DNA of 64,000 nucleotides, taken from positions 1 through 64,000 of IMG/VR virus record IMGVR_UViG_3300027977_000031; one strand, written 5' to 3'. The notes under the pieces are model-generated. The model made no database searches and was not told where the DNA came from. It was given only the letters and a program-made list of their open reading frames with translations. The stretch's first letter is position 1, and each line of letters begins with the position of its first letter. The stretch comes from a virus. Both the position numbers and the translations under genes were made by a program. This document shows, one piece after another, positions 26,641-35,153 of this stretch.

Positions 26641-26715
26641 GCTGATATAACACAGAGGTAGTGTGCTTTCTTGGTATGAAAGAGGTCGTAGGTTCAAATC
26701 CTGCTATCAGCACCA
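26641..26715 (+). tRNA. tRNA-Thr(GGT)
   Basis: Acceptor gctgata/tatcagc; anticodon arm ctttc-ttGGTat-gaaag. Confidence 0.85.
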
Positions 26716-26722
26716 AATTCAC

Positions 26723-26751
26723 TTGACAGCATGTAGAAATAAATATATACT
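26723..26751 (+). promoter_or_regulatory. sigma70-like promoter (TTGACA, 17-nt spacer, TATACT) driving the tmRNA
   Basis: Consensus hexamers immediately upstream of the tmRNA acceptor piece. Confidence 0.55.
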
Positions 26752-26786
26752 GTAAGTTAAGACTGTATGAAGGAAAAAGAACAATT

Positions 26787-27065
26787 GACTGGACGCGGGG
26801 GGCGGTGCCCCGCCCGGTCCACCATAAGAGCATACGGTGTTTTTATGATGGGCCGGTCTTAGATTCGACAGTCGGTGCAGTATTTGACTGGACAGTCCGG
26901 CAATGTAGAAGCCGTTAGGATTGGGGTAACCCGGTCGTAGACACAAAAAACCTAAATGCAAACGATGCATACTTTGGAGAAGAACGCCTAGCAGCGTGAC
27001 CTCCACGAGGTAGTTATACCTTGTAACCAAAAATAACAGAGGCCCGCTTCGGCGGGCTTTCTTTT
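26787..27065 (+). ncRNA. ssrA: circularly permuted (two-piece) tmRNA, ssrA; tag peptide (A)NDAYFGEERLAA
   Basis: Acceptor piece GGAC-gcgggg-ggcggtg-ccccgc-ccggtcc-A-CCA parallels the E. coli tmRNA 3' end GGACGCGGGTTCAACTCCCGCCAGCTCCACCA. The downstream coding piece starts gggccgg-tcttaGATTCGACagtcgg (compare E. coli GGGGCTGATTCTGGATTCGACGGG), carries gca aac gat gca tac ttt gga gaa gaa cgc cta gca gcg tga, and ends in an intrinsic terminator. Confidence 0.6.
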
Positions 27066-27068
27066 GAC
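27042..27068 (+). terminator. rho-independent terminator (3' end of the tmRNA coding piece)
   Basis: gcccgc-ttcg-gcgggc followed by TTTCTTTTG. Confidence 0.75.
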
Positions 27069-27158
27069 TGTTATTTCTCAATCACTATATACTAGCATAG
27101 GCACACAAACAGAATACTTCGAACGCATTGGATATCACCAAATTGAAACAGTTCTGAC

Positions 27159-27187
27159 TTGACTACGTGTGTGATTCGTTGTATACT
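27159..27187 (+). promoter_or_regulatory. sigma70-like promoter (TTGACT, 17-nt spacer, TATACT)
   Basis: Consensus hexamers 30 nt upstream of the rpoZ-like gene. Confidence 0.5.
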
Positions 27188-27217
27188 GTAACTATCAACA
27201 ACCCCCAGGAGAAAAAT

Positions 27218-27451
27218 ATGGCAAGACTCACTAGTCAAGATGCAGTAGCAATGATTGGTAACCGTTACGATTTGGTACTGATTGCAGCTCGTCGAGCACG
27301 AGAACTGGCACGTGGTGACATGCCCAAAGTAACCAACGTGACTAGTCATGCAGTCACAGCTCTACGTGAAATTGAACAAGGTTTTGTGAATCGTAGCTGG
27401 TTGTATAAACCTCAAGACATTGCAAGCAAAAGCCATCACAGGAAATATTGA
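27218..27451 (+). CDS. RNA polymerase omega subunit (RpoZ)-like protein
   Basis: MARLTSQDAVAMIGNRYDLVLIAARRAREL matches E. coli RpoZ [30 protein letters not shown]; also ...ALREIEQG. Confidence 0.55.
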   Translation: MARLTSQDAVAMIGNRYDLVLIAARRARELARGDMPKVTNVTSHAVTALREIEQGFVNRSWLYKPQDIASKSHHRKY

Positions 27452-27487
27452 TGTAGACAGTGCTTGTGAAAAAAGGTAAATATCTGC

Positions 27488-29206
27488 ATGAGCACTAATC
27501 AATTTCGTCGGTACCTTGATCTCTTGAATGAGGCAGATCCAGAATTATCTAACCCTACACAACCGAGTTCAGAACCTCGCTGTGTGGTATGTGGCACACC
27601 ACAAAGTCAACATCAGGCATTGAAACATCAATTTGTAGCCGGAGGTGCAGCGGATCGTCCTGCACCAGTGACACAAGGTGGTTCAACAGGTGGCGGCGAT
27701 GTGGGTCGTATTAAAAAATTGCAAGCAGAGCTCAAAGCTGCTGGTGCTGAATTAGGTGCCACAGGTGCAAATCGTGATGGCATAGACGGTGACATAGGTC
27801 CGTTGACCACTGCTGCCATGGCCAAGTATCCCAACATTGCAGCCAAATATGCTGATCTCAGTATTGCACAAGCTGCTACCCCTGCTGTGGATACTAGCAA
27901 ATTGAATGCTGCACTGAGTGCCATTGAATCAATTGTTGCCAAGTACAAAGGCAAGATCAAAGTTTCAGAAAGTCGAATTTACGAAGTCGATCGCCAACTA
28001 ACCCCAAACGAATATCAAGCACGTATTGCACAGAGAATTCCGCCAGATCTGGATGCTCAAGAAACTCCAGGATTTCAGCAACCAATGATACAAAAAGGAG
28101 GCTATGTTCCTCCTACAGCAGTAGCGGCTCAACCTCCGGCAGCATCAGCAGCGGCTCAGCCTTCTGTATACGATCGATTCAACAAACCCAGCGGTGCACC
28201 AACTGCACCTGCAAAGGCTGTAGAACTAAAGCCATCCGGCTGGGTATCTAAAGCCGGGCAACAAATTCTTTCTAAATTGCCTGGATTAGGTGCCCGAACA
28301 GCAGGAGCCGCAGCATTATCAGGTCCACTTGCTCCACTAATAGGCGCTGCTGGTGCAGCATACACTGTCTGGGATATAGGTAAGATGCTGTATGATGCAT
28401 ACAAAGATTCCAACAATCTAGAAGGCATGAATGATGCTGATCAAGCGGTGGTCAAACAGAATCTTCCTGTGGTCATGAGTTTTATCAAAGATCCTAAAAT
28501 TGCAAATACGTTACCGCCCGATACACAATCTCGTATACATAAAGTTCTGACAGATCTAGAAAAACTAGCCGTTGATACAGGATATTCTACACCAACGGCA
28601 ACACAACAAGCTGCAACACCGGCAGCTACACCGGCAGCTACACCAGCTGCAACAGCAGCTACACCGGCAGCTACACCGGCAGCTACACCAGCTGCAACAG
28701 CAGCTACACCGGCAGCTACACCAGCTGCAACAGCAGCGGTACCAACTGTTAATACTGTTGTAGCTGATCTTGAAAAGTTATTAAAGAAAAATAACTTTGA
28801 AAGTCGTGAATACAAAACACTAAGTGAACAACTGGCACGTGATCGTGACATAGTAGATGAAGGACTAGGCCGGATTGCATGGAGAGCGGCTCGACGAGCT
28901 GGTCAAGACATTTATAAAGGAATTGGTAACAACATAATTGCTCCGGCCACTAGCATAGCTACAAAAGCAGCAATGGTTGGAGGAATTGGCTATGTAGCCT
29001 GGAATCAACTGACCAAAGCAATGGCACCCAACACCATGAGCGCAGAAGATAAAGCTGAGTTTGATCGCATAATAGCAAATTACAAAAAAGCAGTGCCCGA
29101 TCAGGCCACGTTTGATGCATTGCCAAAACCAGTGCAGGACAAATTGATAGATTTAGCTGATAGATTAGTAAAGATGGAAAAAGCACAACCCAAAGGAAAT
29201 AAATGA
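27488..29206 (+). CDS. large protein with a peptidoglycan-binding (PG_binding_1-like) domain and an Ala/Pro/Thr repeat linker
   Basis: LKAAGAELGATGANRDGIDGDIGPLTTAAMAKY motif; (ATPA)n tandem repeat region. Confidence 0.45.
   Translation: MSTNQFRRYLDLLNEADPELSNPTQPSSEPRCVVCGTPQSQHQALKHQFVAGGAADRPAPVTQGGSTGGGDVGRIKKLQAELKAAGAELGATGANRDGIDGDIGPLTTAAMAKYPNIAAKYADLSIAQAATPAVDTSKLNAALSAIESIVAKYKGKIKVSESRIYEVDRQLTPNEYQARIAQRIPPDLDAQETPGFQQPMIQKGGYVPPTAVAAQPPAASAAAQPSVYDRFNKPSGAPTAPAKAVELKPSGWVSKAGQQILSKLPGLGARTAGAAALSGPLAPLIGAAGAAYTVWDIGKMLYDAYKDSNNLEGMNDADQAVVKQNLPVVMSFIKDPKIANTLPPDTQSRIHKVLTDLEKLAVDTGYSTPTATQQAATPAATPAATPAATAATPAATPAATPAATAATPAATPAATAAVPTVNTVVADLEKLLKKNNFESREYKTLSEQLARDRDIVDEGLGRIAWRAARRAGQDIYKGIGNNIIAPATSIATKAAMVGGIGYVAWNQLTKAMAPNTMSAEDKAEFDRIIANYKKAVPDQATFDALPKPVQDKLIDLADRLVKMEKAQPKGNK
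28613..28737 (+). repeat. in-frame tandem nucleotide repeat encoding (ATPAATPAATPAATA) repeated about 3 times
   Basis: acaccggcagctacaccggcagctacaccagctgcaacagcagct unit visibly repeated. Confidence 0.7.
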
Positions 29207-29364
29207 TTAAACCAGGCCCAAATTATCGCATGCCCAAAAGCATCAAACGTCAATTAGCAGTTATTGTAGACCCTCACCTACGCGGCGAGATTCGCCGAAG
29301 CATGATCCAAGCTGATCTTGTTGGTCGCCAAGCTGCTCCTAGAAAAAAATCATCAGAAAATTAA
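29203..29364 (+). CDS. small basic protein (53 aa), possible DNA-binding
   Basis: ATGA overlap with the upstream stop; MIKPGPNYRMPKSIKRQLAVIVDPHLRGEIRR... Confidence 0.25.
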   Translation: MIKPGPNYRMPKSIKRQLAVIVDPHLRGEIRRSMIQADLVGRQAAPRKKSSEN

Positions 29365-29528
29365 TCTCGACTGAGTAAAATTGCAGCCTAAACACTGCTC
29401 GGGGTAAGACATACCTTGTAACAGAAACTCAAAAGCCTGCCTCGGTGGGTTTTTTTTTTGACAAAAATTCAAAGGATAAGTACCATTGCAACGCCGGGTT
29501 CTTCCGACGTCGGTATTAAAATAGACGC

Positions 29529-29557
29529 TTGACATTGAGATGTCTTTACTGTAGTAT
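29529..29557 (+). promoter_or_regulatory. sigma70-like promoter (TTGACA, 17-nt spacer, TAGTAT)
   Basis: Consensus -35; downstream gene at 29629. Confidence 0.4.
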
Positions 29558-29628
29558 TATACTACAGAACGCCTACCGTAAGTAGAGTTCCTCTACCAGC
29601 ATTTAAATTACATAACCAAGGATTTAAA

Positions 29629-30558
29629 ATGAAAAAACTTTTATTAAGTATTTTTTTGACTCTTTCTATGACTTCTTTGTATGCATGGGAGCCCAAAAAA
29701 GAAATTACTATTGTTGTTGGATTCCCAGTTGGCGGTACCGTTGACAACCTAGCACGAATCATGGCCGAGAGCTTTACGCTTCAAGGATATTCTACAATAG
29801 TAGTTAATCAACCCGGTGCTGTTGGAGCAATTGCCGCAAATCGCGTTGCTACCTCTCGCCCAGACGGATACACACTGATGCTAACTGCTACCGCTAACCT
29901 GTATAGTAAGCTTCTACAACAACCAGGTGCAACTTATGATATACTTGAGGATTTTAGTCATCTAAGAACAATCGGCACCGTAGAAAACCGTATCTATGCC
30001 AATCCTACCAAGGTTCCTGGGGATATGAGACAAGTTATCAATGACATTCTCAGTGGTCGCAGAAACTACACATGGGGATCACCATTTGCAGGTGGTGAAT
30101 TTGTAATCAGGCTAATTGAAGATCAAATCAGACAACCTATCACTCATGTTTCTTACAACGGTACAGTACCGTTAATACCGGACTTGGTTGAGGGTAGAAT
30201 TGACTTGGTTGTTGACTCAGGAGTTTCACCACTGAATCGATTTGTTGAGTCTGGCAAACTAAAAGTATTAGCAACAACTAATACTAAAACTGCCAATCAA
30301 ATTACTGTTGATCAATATCTACCGGGAATTGTTACACATAGTTGGTATGGGGTTAGTCTGCCAGCTAACGCACCAGATGATATGATAAAATTTTACAATG
30401 ATCTTATTGTTAAAAGTATAAACCGCCCTATTACTAAAGAAAAATTATTGAATTTAGGATTGCAATTACCAGATCAAAACTCAACTTTACTGGTATCATT
30501 GATAAAAAGAGACTTGATAAGATTTCGGCCTCTTGTCAATCGTATAAGCAACAAATAA
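29629..30558 (+). CDS. TctC/Bug-family periplasmic tricarboxylate-binding protein homolog
   Basis: Signal peptide; VVNQPGAVGAIAANRVATSRPDGYTL resembles the TctC motif vvnrpGagGnig...kpDGyTl; about 310 aa. Confidence 0.5.
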   Translation: MKKLLLSIFLTLSMTSLYAWEPKKEITIVVGFPVGGTVDNLARIMAESFTLQGYSTIVVNQPGAVGAIAANRVATSRPDGYTLMLTATANLYSKLLQQPGATYDILEDFSHLRTIGTVENRIYANPTKVPGDMRQVINDILSGRRNYTWGSPFAGGEFVIRLIEDQIRQPITHVSYNGTVPLIPDLVEGRIDLVVDSGVSPLNRFVESGKLKVLATTNTKTANQITVDQYLPGIVTHSWYGVSLPANAPDDMIKFYNDLIVKSINRPITKEKLLNLGLQLPDQNSTLLVSLIKRDLIRFRPLVNRISNK

Positions 30559-30562
30559 TTGT

Positions 30563-31705
30563 ATGACTGATCGATATCAATTTGGGTTTTACAAAGTTGG
30601 CTCTGAAATTTTTACACACAAGGCTTCGGCCTTGGTCCGGGCCACACAATTAGGAGTTACACCAACTTGGCATTTTCATAACGAAATATACTCTAAATTA
30701 AATTGGCAAGACGATGTTCCATTCAGTCTTGACTATTTTTATCAACAGCGAGCCCGCCAACTCAGAAACAAATACGAATACCTAATACTGAGTTTTAGTG
30801 GGGGTAGTGATAGTTGGACTGTGTTAAAAGCATTTATTGATAGTAATACTCATATTGACGAGATTTTTATAAGATGGCCAATCGAAGCAACTTATAAAAA
30901 ATACAATACAGGCACTAGCGATCACCCATCGAATGTTATCAACGAATGGGAACTAACAATCCTACCAATGATTAACAAATATAAAGAACTATTACCAAAC
31001 ACTAAATTTGAAATCCAAGACTGGAGTGATCAAATTTTAAACGCAGAGCTAACAGACAACGATTGGTTCTATGCCCAAGACCATCTTAATCCCGGTGTAT
31101 ATTTTAAAGTTAATGCAATTGGAAAAAGTGAGCTAGACGCAATAAATGCCGGCAAGAATACAGCTATCATCTTTGGCATTGATAAGCCGCAGGTTTGGTA
31201 TGACAATGGTAAAGTTTTTTGCTATTTTTTAGATAAGTTGGCAAACACCAATCCACAAAATTCATTCAAGAGAACCTGTGAATTATTTTATTGGACTCCT
31301 GATATGCCTGAGTTAGTATTGGCTCAATCTAGAGAAATTTTTCGCTATCTACAAGCCAATCCAGATGCATTGAAATTAATCAATCGAAACATTCCGTTTA
31401 CACAACAACGCAAACAAACCTGGGACACTCTGGTTCGTTATATCATTTACAATGACTATACAAAGTTATCTGCTTTTCAAACAAAAAAAGCCTCGAGTTG
31501 TATCTACGACGAAGCAGATACGTGGATGTGGGATATAAAATCATCTGATTTCAAATATTTAAAAAGCTGGGAGTACGGGGTAAAAAATGTATTAAAAAGT
31601 ATTAACGAATGCTACATCCAAAGAATCAATGGTCAACCTATAGGGTTTACAGGATTTGTTGACGGAATGTATTGTTTAGGCTCTATAGATACAGAGGTTG
31701 ACTAG
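30563..31705 (+). CDS. PP-loop ATP pyrophosphatase superfamily protein (QueC/TilS/ExsB-like)
   Basis: SFSGGSDSW (SGGxDS) motif. Confidence 0.5.
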   Translation: MTDRYQFGFYKVGSEIFTHKASALVRATQLGVTPTWHFHNEIYSKLNWQDDVPFSLDYFYQQRARQLRNKYEYLILSFSGGSDSWTVLKAFIDSNTHIDEIFIRWPIEATYKKYNTGTSDHPSNVINEWELTILPMINKYKELLPNTKFEIQDWSDQILNAELTDNDWFYAQDHLNPGVYFKVNAIGKSELDAINAGKNTAIIFGIDKPQVWYDNGKVFCYFLDKLANTNPQNSFKRTCELFYWTPDMPELVLAQSREIFRYLQANPDALKLINRNIPFTQQRKQTWDTLVRYIIYNDYTKLSAFQTKKASSCIYDEADTWMWDIKSSDFKYLKSWEYGVKNVLKSINECYIQRINGQPIGFTGFVDGMYCLGSIDTEVD

Positions 31706-31726
31706 TAATGGCCATTTTGCTATAAT
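31698..31726 (+). promoter_or_regulatory. sigma70-like promoter (TTGACT, 17-nt spacer, TATAAT)
   Basis: Consensus hexamers with 17-nt spacing. Confidence 0.5.
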
Positions 31727-31756
31727 ATGTGTATTGTAGTTAAAAAGGAGTTAGTT

Positions 31757-31942
31757 ATGAGTGCTATGAGCAGTCTTGCCGTTGAAATCGACGATATGTT
31801 AGTCAAGGGCTACCTGCCCGTTACTATTGCACGACTTCTTGATGTGCCCATCAATTGGGTGTATGAAGTTGCAGACCCTTCTGAAGATCCTGTCAACCAG
31901 GACCAAGAAGACTGTAGCCCTTTTGCAACAGTTAACAGTTGA
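31757..31942 (+). CDS. small acidic hypothetical protein
   Basis: AAGGAG RBS plus ATG at 31757 (ORF track starts earlier). Confidence 0.4.
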   Translation: MSAMSSLAVEIDDMLVKGYLPVTIARLLDVPINWVYEVADPSEDPVNQDQEDCSPFATVNS

Positions 31943-31967
31943 CACAAAAATCGTGTTTTGTTACAAT
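31939..31967 (+). promoter_or_regulatory. sigma70-like promoter (TTGACA, 17-nt spacer, TACAAT)
   Basis: Consensus hexamers with 17-nt spacing. Confidence 0.5.
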
Positions 31968-32011
31968 AGAAGCTTAGTTAGTTAAATTTCAACCCTAGAA
32001 AGGCACAGCCC

Positions 32012-33097
32012 ATGTCAGAATCACGTACAGTTACTTCGCGCCAAGCGCACAAATCCCTGCTCAAAGCATTCAAAGTCAAGCGTCCTTTGTTCCTGTGGGG
32101 TCCCCCAGGCATTGGCAAGAGCGAGCTGGTTGAAGGCATTACTCGAGACCTCAACGGTTATATGATTGACCTGCGGTTGGGTCAGATGGAACCCACTGAC
32201 ATTCGTGGTATTCCTTTTTACAACAAAGAAATTGGCAAGATGGATTGGGCACCTCCTGTGGAACTGCCCGACGAAGAACTGGCTAGTCAGTATCCTATTG
32301 TGGTACTGTTCTTGGACGAACTTAACAGTGCCGCTGCCAGTGTGCAGGCCGCTGCATATCAGCTGATTCTGAATCGTCGCATTGGCAAATATAAGCTGCC
32401 GGACAATGTTGTCATGGTAGCAGCTGGTAACCGCGAAAGCGATAAAGGTGTGACTTATCGCATGCCCACTCCGCTGGCAAATCGTTTCATTCACCAGGAA
32501 ATGAAAGTGGACTTTGCTTCGTGGCAAGAATGGGCAGTGCTCAACAACATCCACAAGGACGTGGTTGGTTACTTGAGCTTTGCCAAACAAGACCTGTACG
32601 ATTTTGATGCCAAGAGCTCAAGCCGTGCATTTGCTACTCCGCGCTCATGGACCTTTGTGAGCGAGCTGTTGAACGACGCTGATGGCGACGACGACACCTT
32701 TACCAACTTGGTAGCAGGTACTGTTGGTGAAGGCTTGGCAGTGAAGTTTATGGCTCATCGCAGGGTGTCGGGCCGTATGCCTGATCCAGCTGATATTTTG
32801 AATGGCAAAGTCAAGGACTTGAACGTGAAAGAAATCAGCGCCATGTATAGCCTGGTTATTTCCATGTGCTACGAACTCAAGGCTGCGGTTGAAAGCAAAA
32901 TGGATGAAAAGAAGTTTCACGAAATGGCTGATAACTTCCTCAGCTACATGATGCGGAATTTTGAAACTGAGTTGACTGTGATGGGTTCCCGCATTGCGTT
33001 GACCACTTACAACTTGCCGTTCAAACCCACAAAGCTCAAGCATTTTGATGAGTTCCACAGCAAGTTTGGAAAGTACGTGCTACAAGCCCAAGGCTAA
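32012..33097 (+). CDS. MoxR/CbbQ-like AAA+ ATPase
   Basis: Walker A LWGPPGIGKS; Walker B VLFLDELN; about 360 aa. Confidence 0.7.
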   Translation: MSESRTVTSRQAHKSLLKAFKVKRPLFLWGPPGIGKSELVEGITRDLNGYMIDLRLGQMEPTDIRGIPFYNKEIGKMDWAPPVELPDEELASQYPIVVLFLDELNSAAASVQAAAYQLILNRRIGKYKLPDNVVMVAAGNRESDKGVTYRMPTPLANRFIHQEMKVDFASWQEWAVLNNIHKDVVGYLSFAKQDLYDFDAKSSSRAFATPRSWTFVSELLNDADGDDDTFTNLVAGTVGEGLAVKFMAHRRVSGRMPDPADILNGKVKDLNVKEISAMYSLVISMCYELKAAVESKMDEKKFHEMADNFLSYMMRNFETELTVMGSRIALTTYNLPFKPTKLKHFDEFHSKFGKYVLQAQG

Positions 33098-33132
33098 AAC
33101 AGGAATGGGGACTACGGTCCCCATATTTCATC

Positions 33133-33453
33133 ATGCGATATGAAATTGCCAAACTAGATCATCGACATAATCATCGAAACAGATATCGTTACATGATTAA
33201 GTTCAGGAGTGATTCGTCAGGCACTGGCGCATTGGACTTTGATCAAGCTCGGCGTTGGTTCAATGAAACATACGGCTGGGCACAGGAAGCTGAGTTGCAG
33301 GTAACAATGAACAAGCAATCTAGGGCACGTAATGCTCCTCTAGAATCAAATCCATATTGGGCATATCAGACTGAATATCGTGACTATCGTATCTATGTGG
33401 CATCTGACAAAGAAGTGTCCTGGTTTAGTTTGAGTCATGTCCGTGAAACCTAA
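33133..33453 (+). CDS. hypothetical protein
   Basis: ORF. Confidence 0.4.
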   Translation: MRYEIAKLDHRHNHRNRYRYMIKFRSDSSGTGALDFDQARRWFNETYGWAQEAELQVTMNKQSRARNAPLESNPYWAYQTEYRDYRIYVASDKEVSWFSLSHVRET

Positions 33454-33721
33454 CATAATTGTAAGAAAGAATCTCATTATCTTTTGCTCAACTCAGCATT
33501 GGGACGATGTTTGGCAAAAAATACTAGCTGATAACGGTGCCGGTATTGTTATAAGTTGGGTATTGAAACGTGAATTGGGATTCACTGTGAGACGGCATGA
33601 AAAATGGATATCTTTTACTCCCCCTGGCTCTCTAGTAGAGCGTGGCCGCCTTGAAAAACAGGTTCACTTGGATTTTTTCAATGAGGCTGCACTGACTTGG
33701 TTCCAGCTAAAATACCTATAA
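33437..33721 (+). CDS. hypothetical protein
   Basis: ORF overlapping the upstream stop. Confidence 0.4.
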   Translation: MSVKPNIIVRKNLIIFCSTQHWDDVWQKILADNGAGIVISWVLKRELGFTVRRHEKWISFTPPGSLVERGRLEKQVHLDFFNEAALTWFQLKYL

Positions 33722-33749
33722 GTGTTGTAAAAACTACACACTTTTTTAG

Positions 33750-33778
33750 TTGACCACTAATGATATCTACAGTATAAT
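33750..33778 (+). promoter_or_regulatory. sigma70-like promoter (TTGACC, 17-nt spacer, TATAAT)
   Basis: Consensus hexamers with 17-nt spacing. Confidence 0.55.
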
Positions 33779-33802
33779 AAACACATTAACAAGGAACAAT
33801 CT

Positions 33803-35086
33803 ATGGCAACAGCTAACACCACAGCTAACAAAAAAGAAGACAAATTTAAAAATCTCATTGGGCCCAAAGATATGAAGCTGGACGGCAAGGTACGTGAGAA
33901 GCTGATCACTGCCCGTGTGGGCTTGCTGTTGAAAGCCAGCTTCTTTGGTAACTTGGCAACTCGTCTCAAGCTGGTTAATGCAGATGAATGGTGCGGTACT
34001 GCTGCCACAGACGGACGTCATTTTTATTACAACACTCGCTTTATTGAAATGCTTCGTCCCAAAGAAATCGAGTTCTTGTTTGGACATGAAGTATTGCATT
34101 GTGTGTATGATCACTTTGGACGCCGCAATGAACGTGATCCACAGATTTGGAACGTGGCCAATGATTACTGTGTCAACGCAGACTTGAAAGAACATGGTGT
34201 CGGTGAGTTTATCACGTCAGTGCCTTGTTTGTATGATCGCAAGTACAATGGCTGGAGTTCAGAGAAAGTGTACGATGATCTCATGAAGAATGTCAAACGC
34301 ATCAGCATGGCGGATCTCATTGACCAGCTGCTGGATGATCACCTGGACGGTGAAGGTGATAGTGATGGCGAAGGTGACGGCGATGAAAATAAAAAAGGCA
34401 AAGGACGTCCCAAGCTGAGTGAATCTGATCGCCAAGCTATCAAAGACGAGATCAAAGAAGCCATGATGGCTGCTGCTGCCACAGTTGATGGTGCTGGTAA
34501 TATTCCTGCTGGTGTCAAACGTCTTATTGATGAAATGACTGAGCCTCAGATGAACTGGCGTGAACTATTGCGCATGAATTTGGAAAGTACCATTAAAAGC
34601 GACTATACTTGGATGCGAGCCAGCCGTCGAGGCTGGCACATGGATGCAGTAATGCCTGGCATGAAGCCCGACGAGATGATTGATATTGCTGTTGCAATTG
34701 ATGCGTCAGGTAGTATTGATCAAGATATGCTACGAGACTTTCTGGGCGAGATTCAAGGCATTATGGATTCGTTTCCTGCTTACAAAATTCACGTTGTAAC
34801 TTTTGACACTCAAGCATACAATCCGCAACAATACGATTCAGACAACTTGGACGGCATCTGTGATTATGAAGTAACAGGTGGTGGCGGTACTGACTTTGAT
34901 TGTTTTTACGAATACTTCAAAGAAAACGACATTGTGCCGCGCCGCTTGGTAGTGTTCACAGATGGTTATCCTTATGGTAGTTGGGGTGATGAGAACTATT
35001 GCGAAGTCACTTGGATTTTGCATGGAACTACAACTATTATTCCTCCTTGGGGCGTGCATGCCTACTACGAGGAACATACAAAATAA
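33803..35086 (+). CDS. von Willebrand factor A (VWA) domain protein, partner of the MoxR-like ATPase
   Basis: MIDAS DxSGS (AIDASGSID); acidic linker; C-terminal VWA fold. Confidence 0.65.
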   Translation: MATANTTANKKEDKFKNLIGPKDMKLDGKVREKLITARVGLLLKASFFGNLATRLKLVNADEWCGTAATDGRHFYYNTRFIEMLRPKEIEFLFGHEVLHCVYDHFGRRNERDPQIWNVANDYCVNADLKEHGVGEFITSVPCLYDRKYNGWSSEKVYDDLMKNVKRISMADLIDQLLDDHLDGEGDSDGEGDGDENKKGKGRPKLSESDRQAIKDEIKEAMMAAAATVDGAGNIPAGVKRLIDEMTEPQMNWRELLRMNLESTIKSDYTWMRASRRGWHMDAVMPGMKPDEMIDIAVAIDASGSIDQDMLRDFLGEIQGIMDSFPAYKIHVVTFDTQAYNPQQYDSDNLDGICDYEVTGGGGTDFDCFYEYFKENDIVPRRLVVFTDGYPYGSWGDENYCEVTWILHGTTTIIPPWGVHAYYEEHTK

Positions 35087-35153
35087 CTTTAGCTTGTTTT
35101 ACCAAAACTCCCTGAAAAATTTATATCAGAGGGTTTTTTATGTAAATATCTTT

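Noticed and set aside
28572-28763. Q/H/L-rich + strand ORF and several minus-strand ORFs inside the 572-aa gene, plus a possible CRISPR-like repeat
   Set aside because: The repeats are in-frame coding tandem repeats of the Ala/Pro/Thr linker and have no spacer structure; this is not a CRISPR array.
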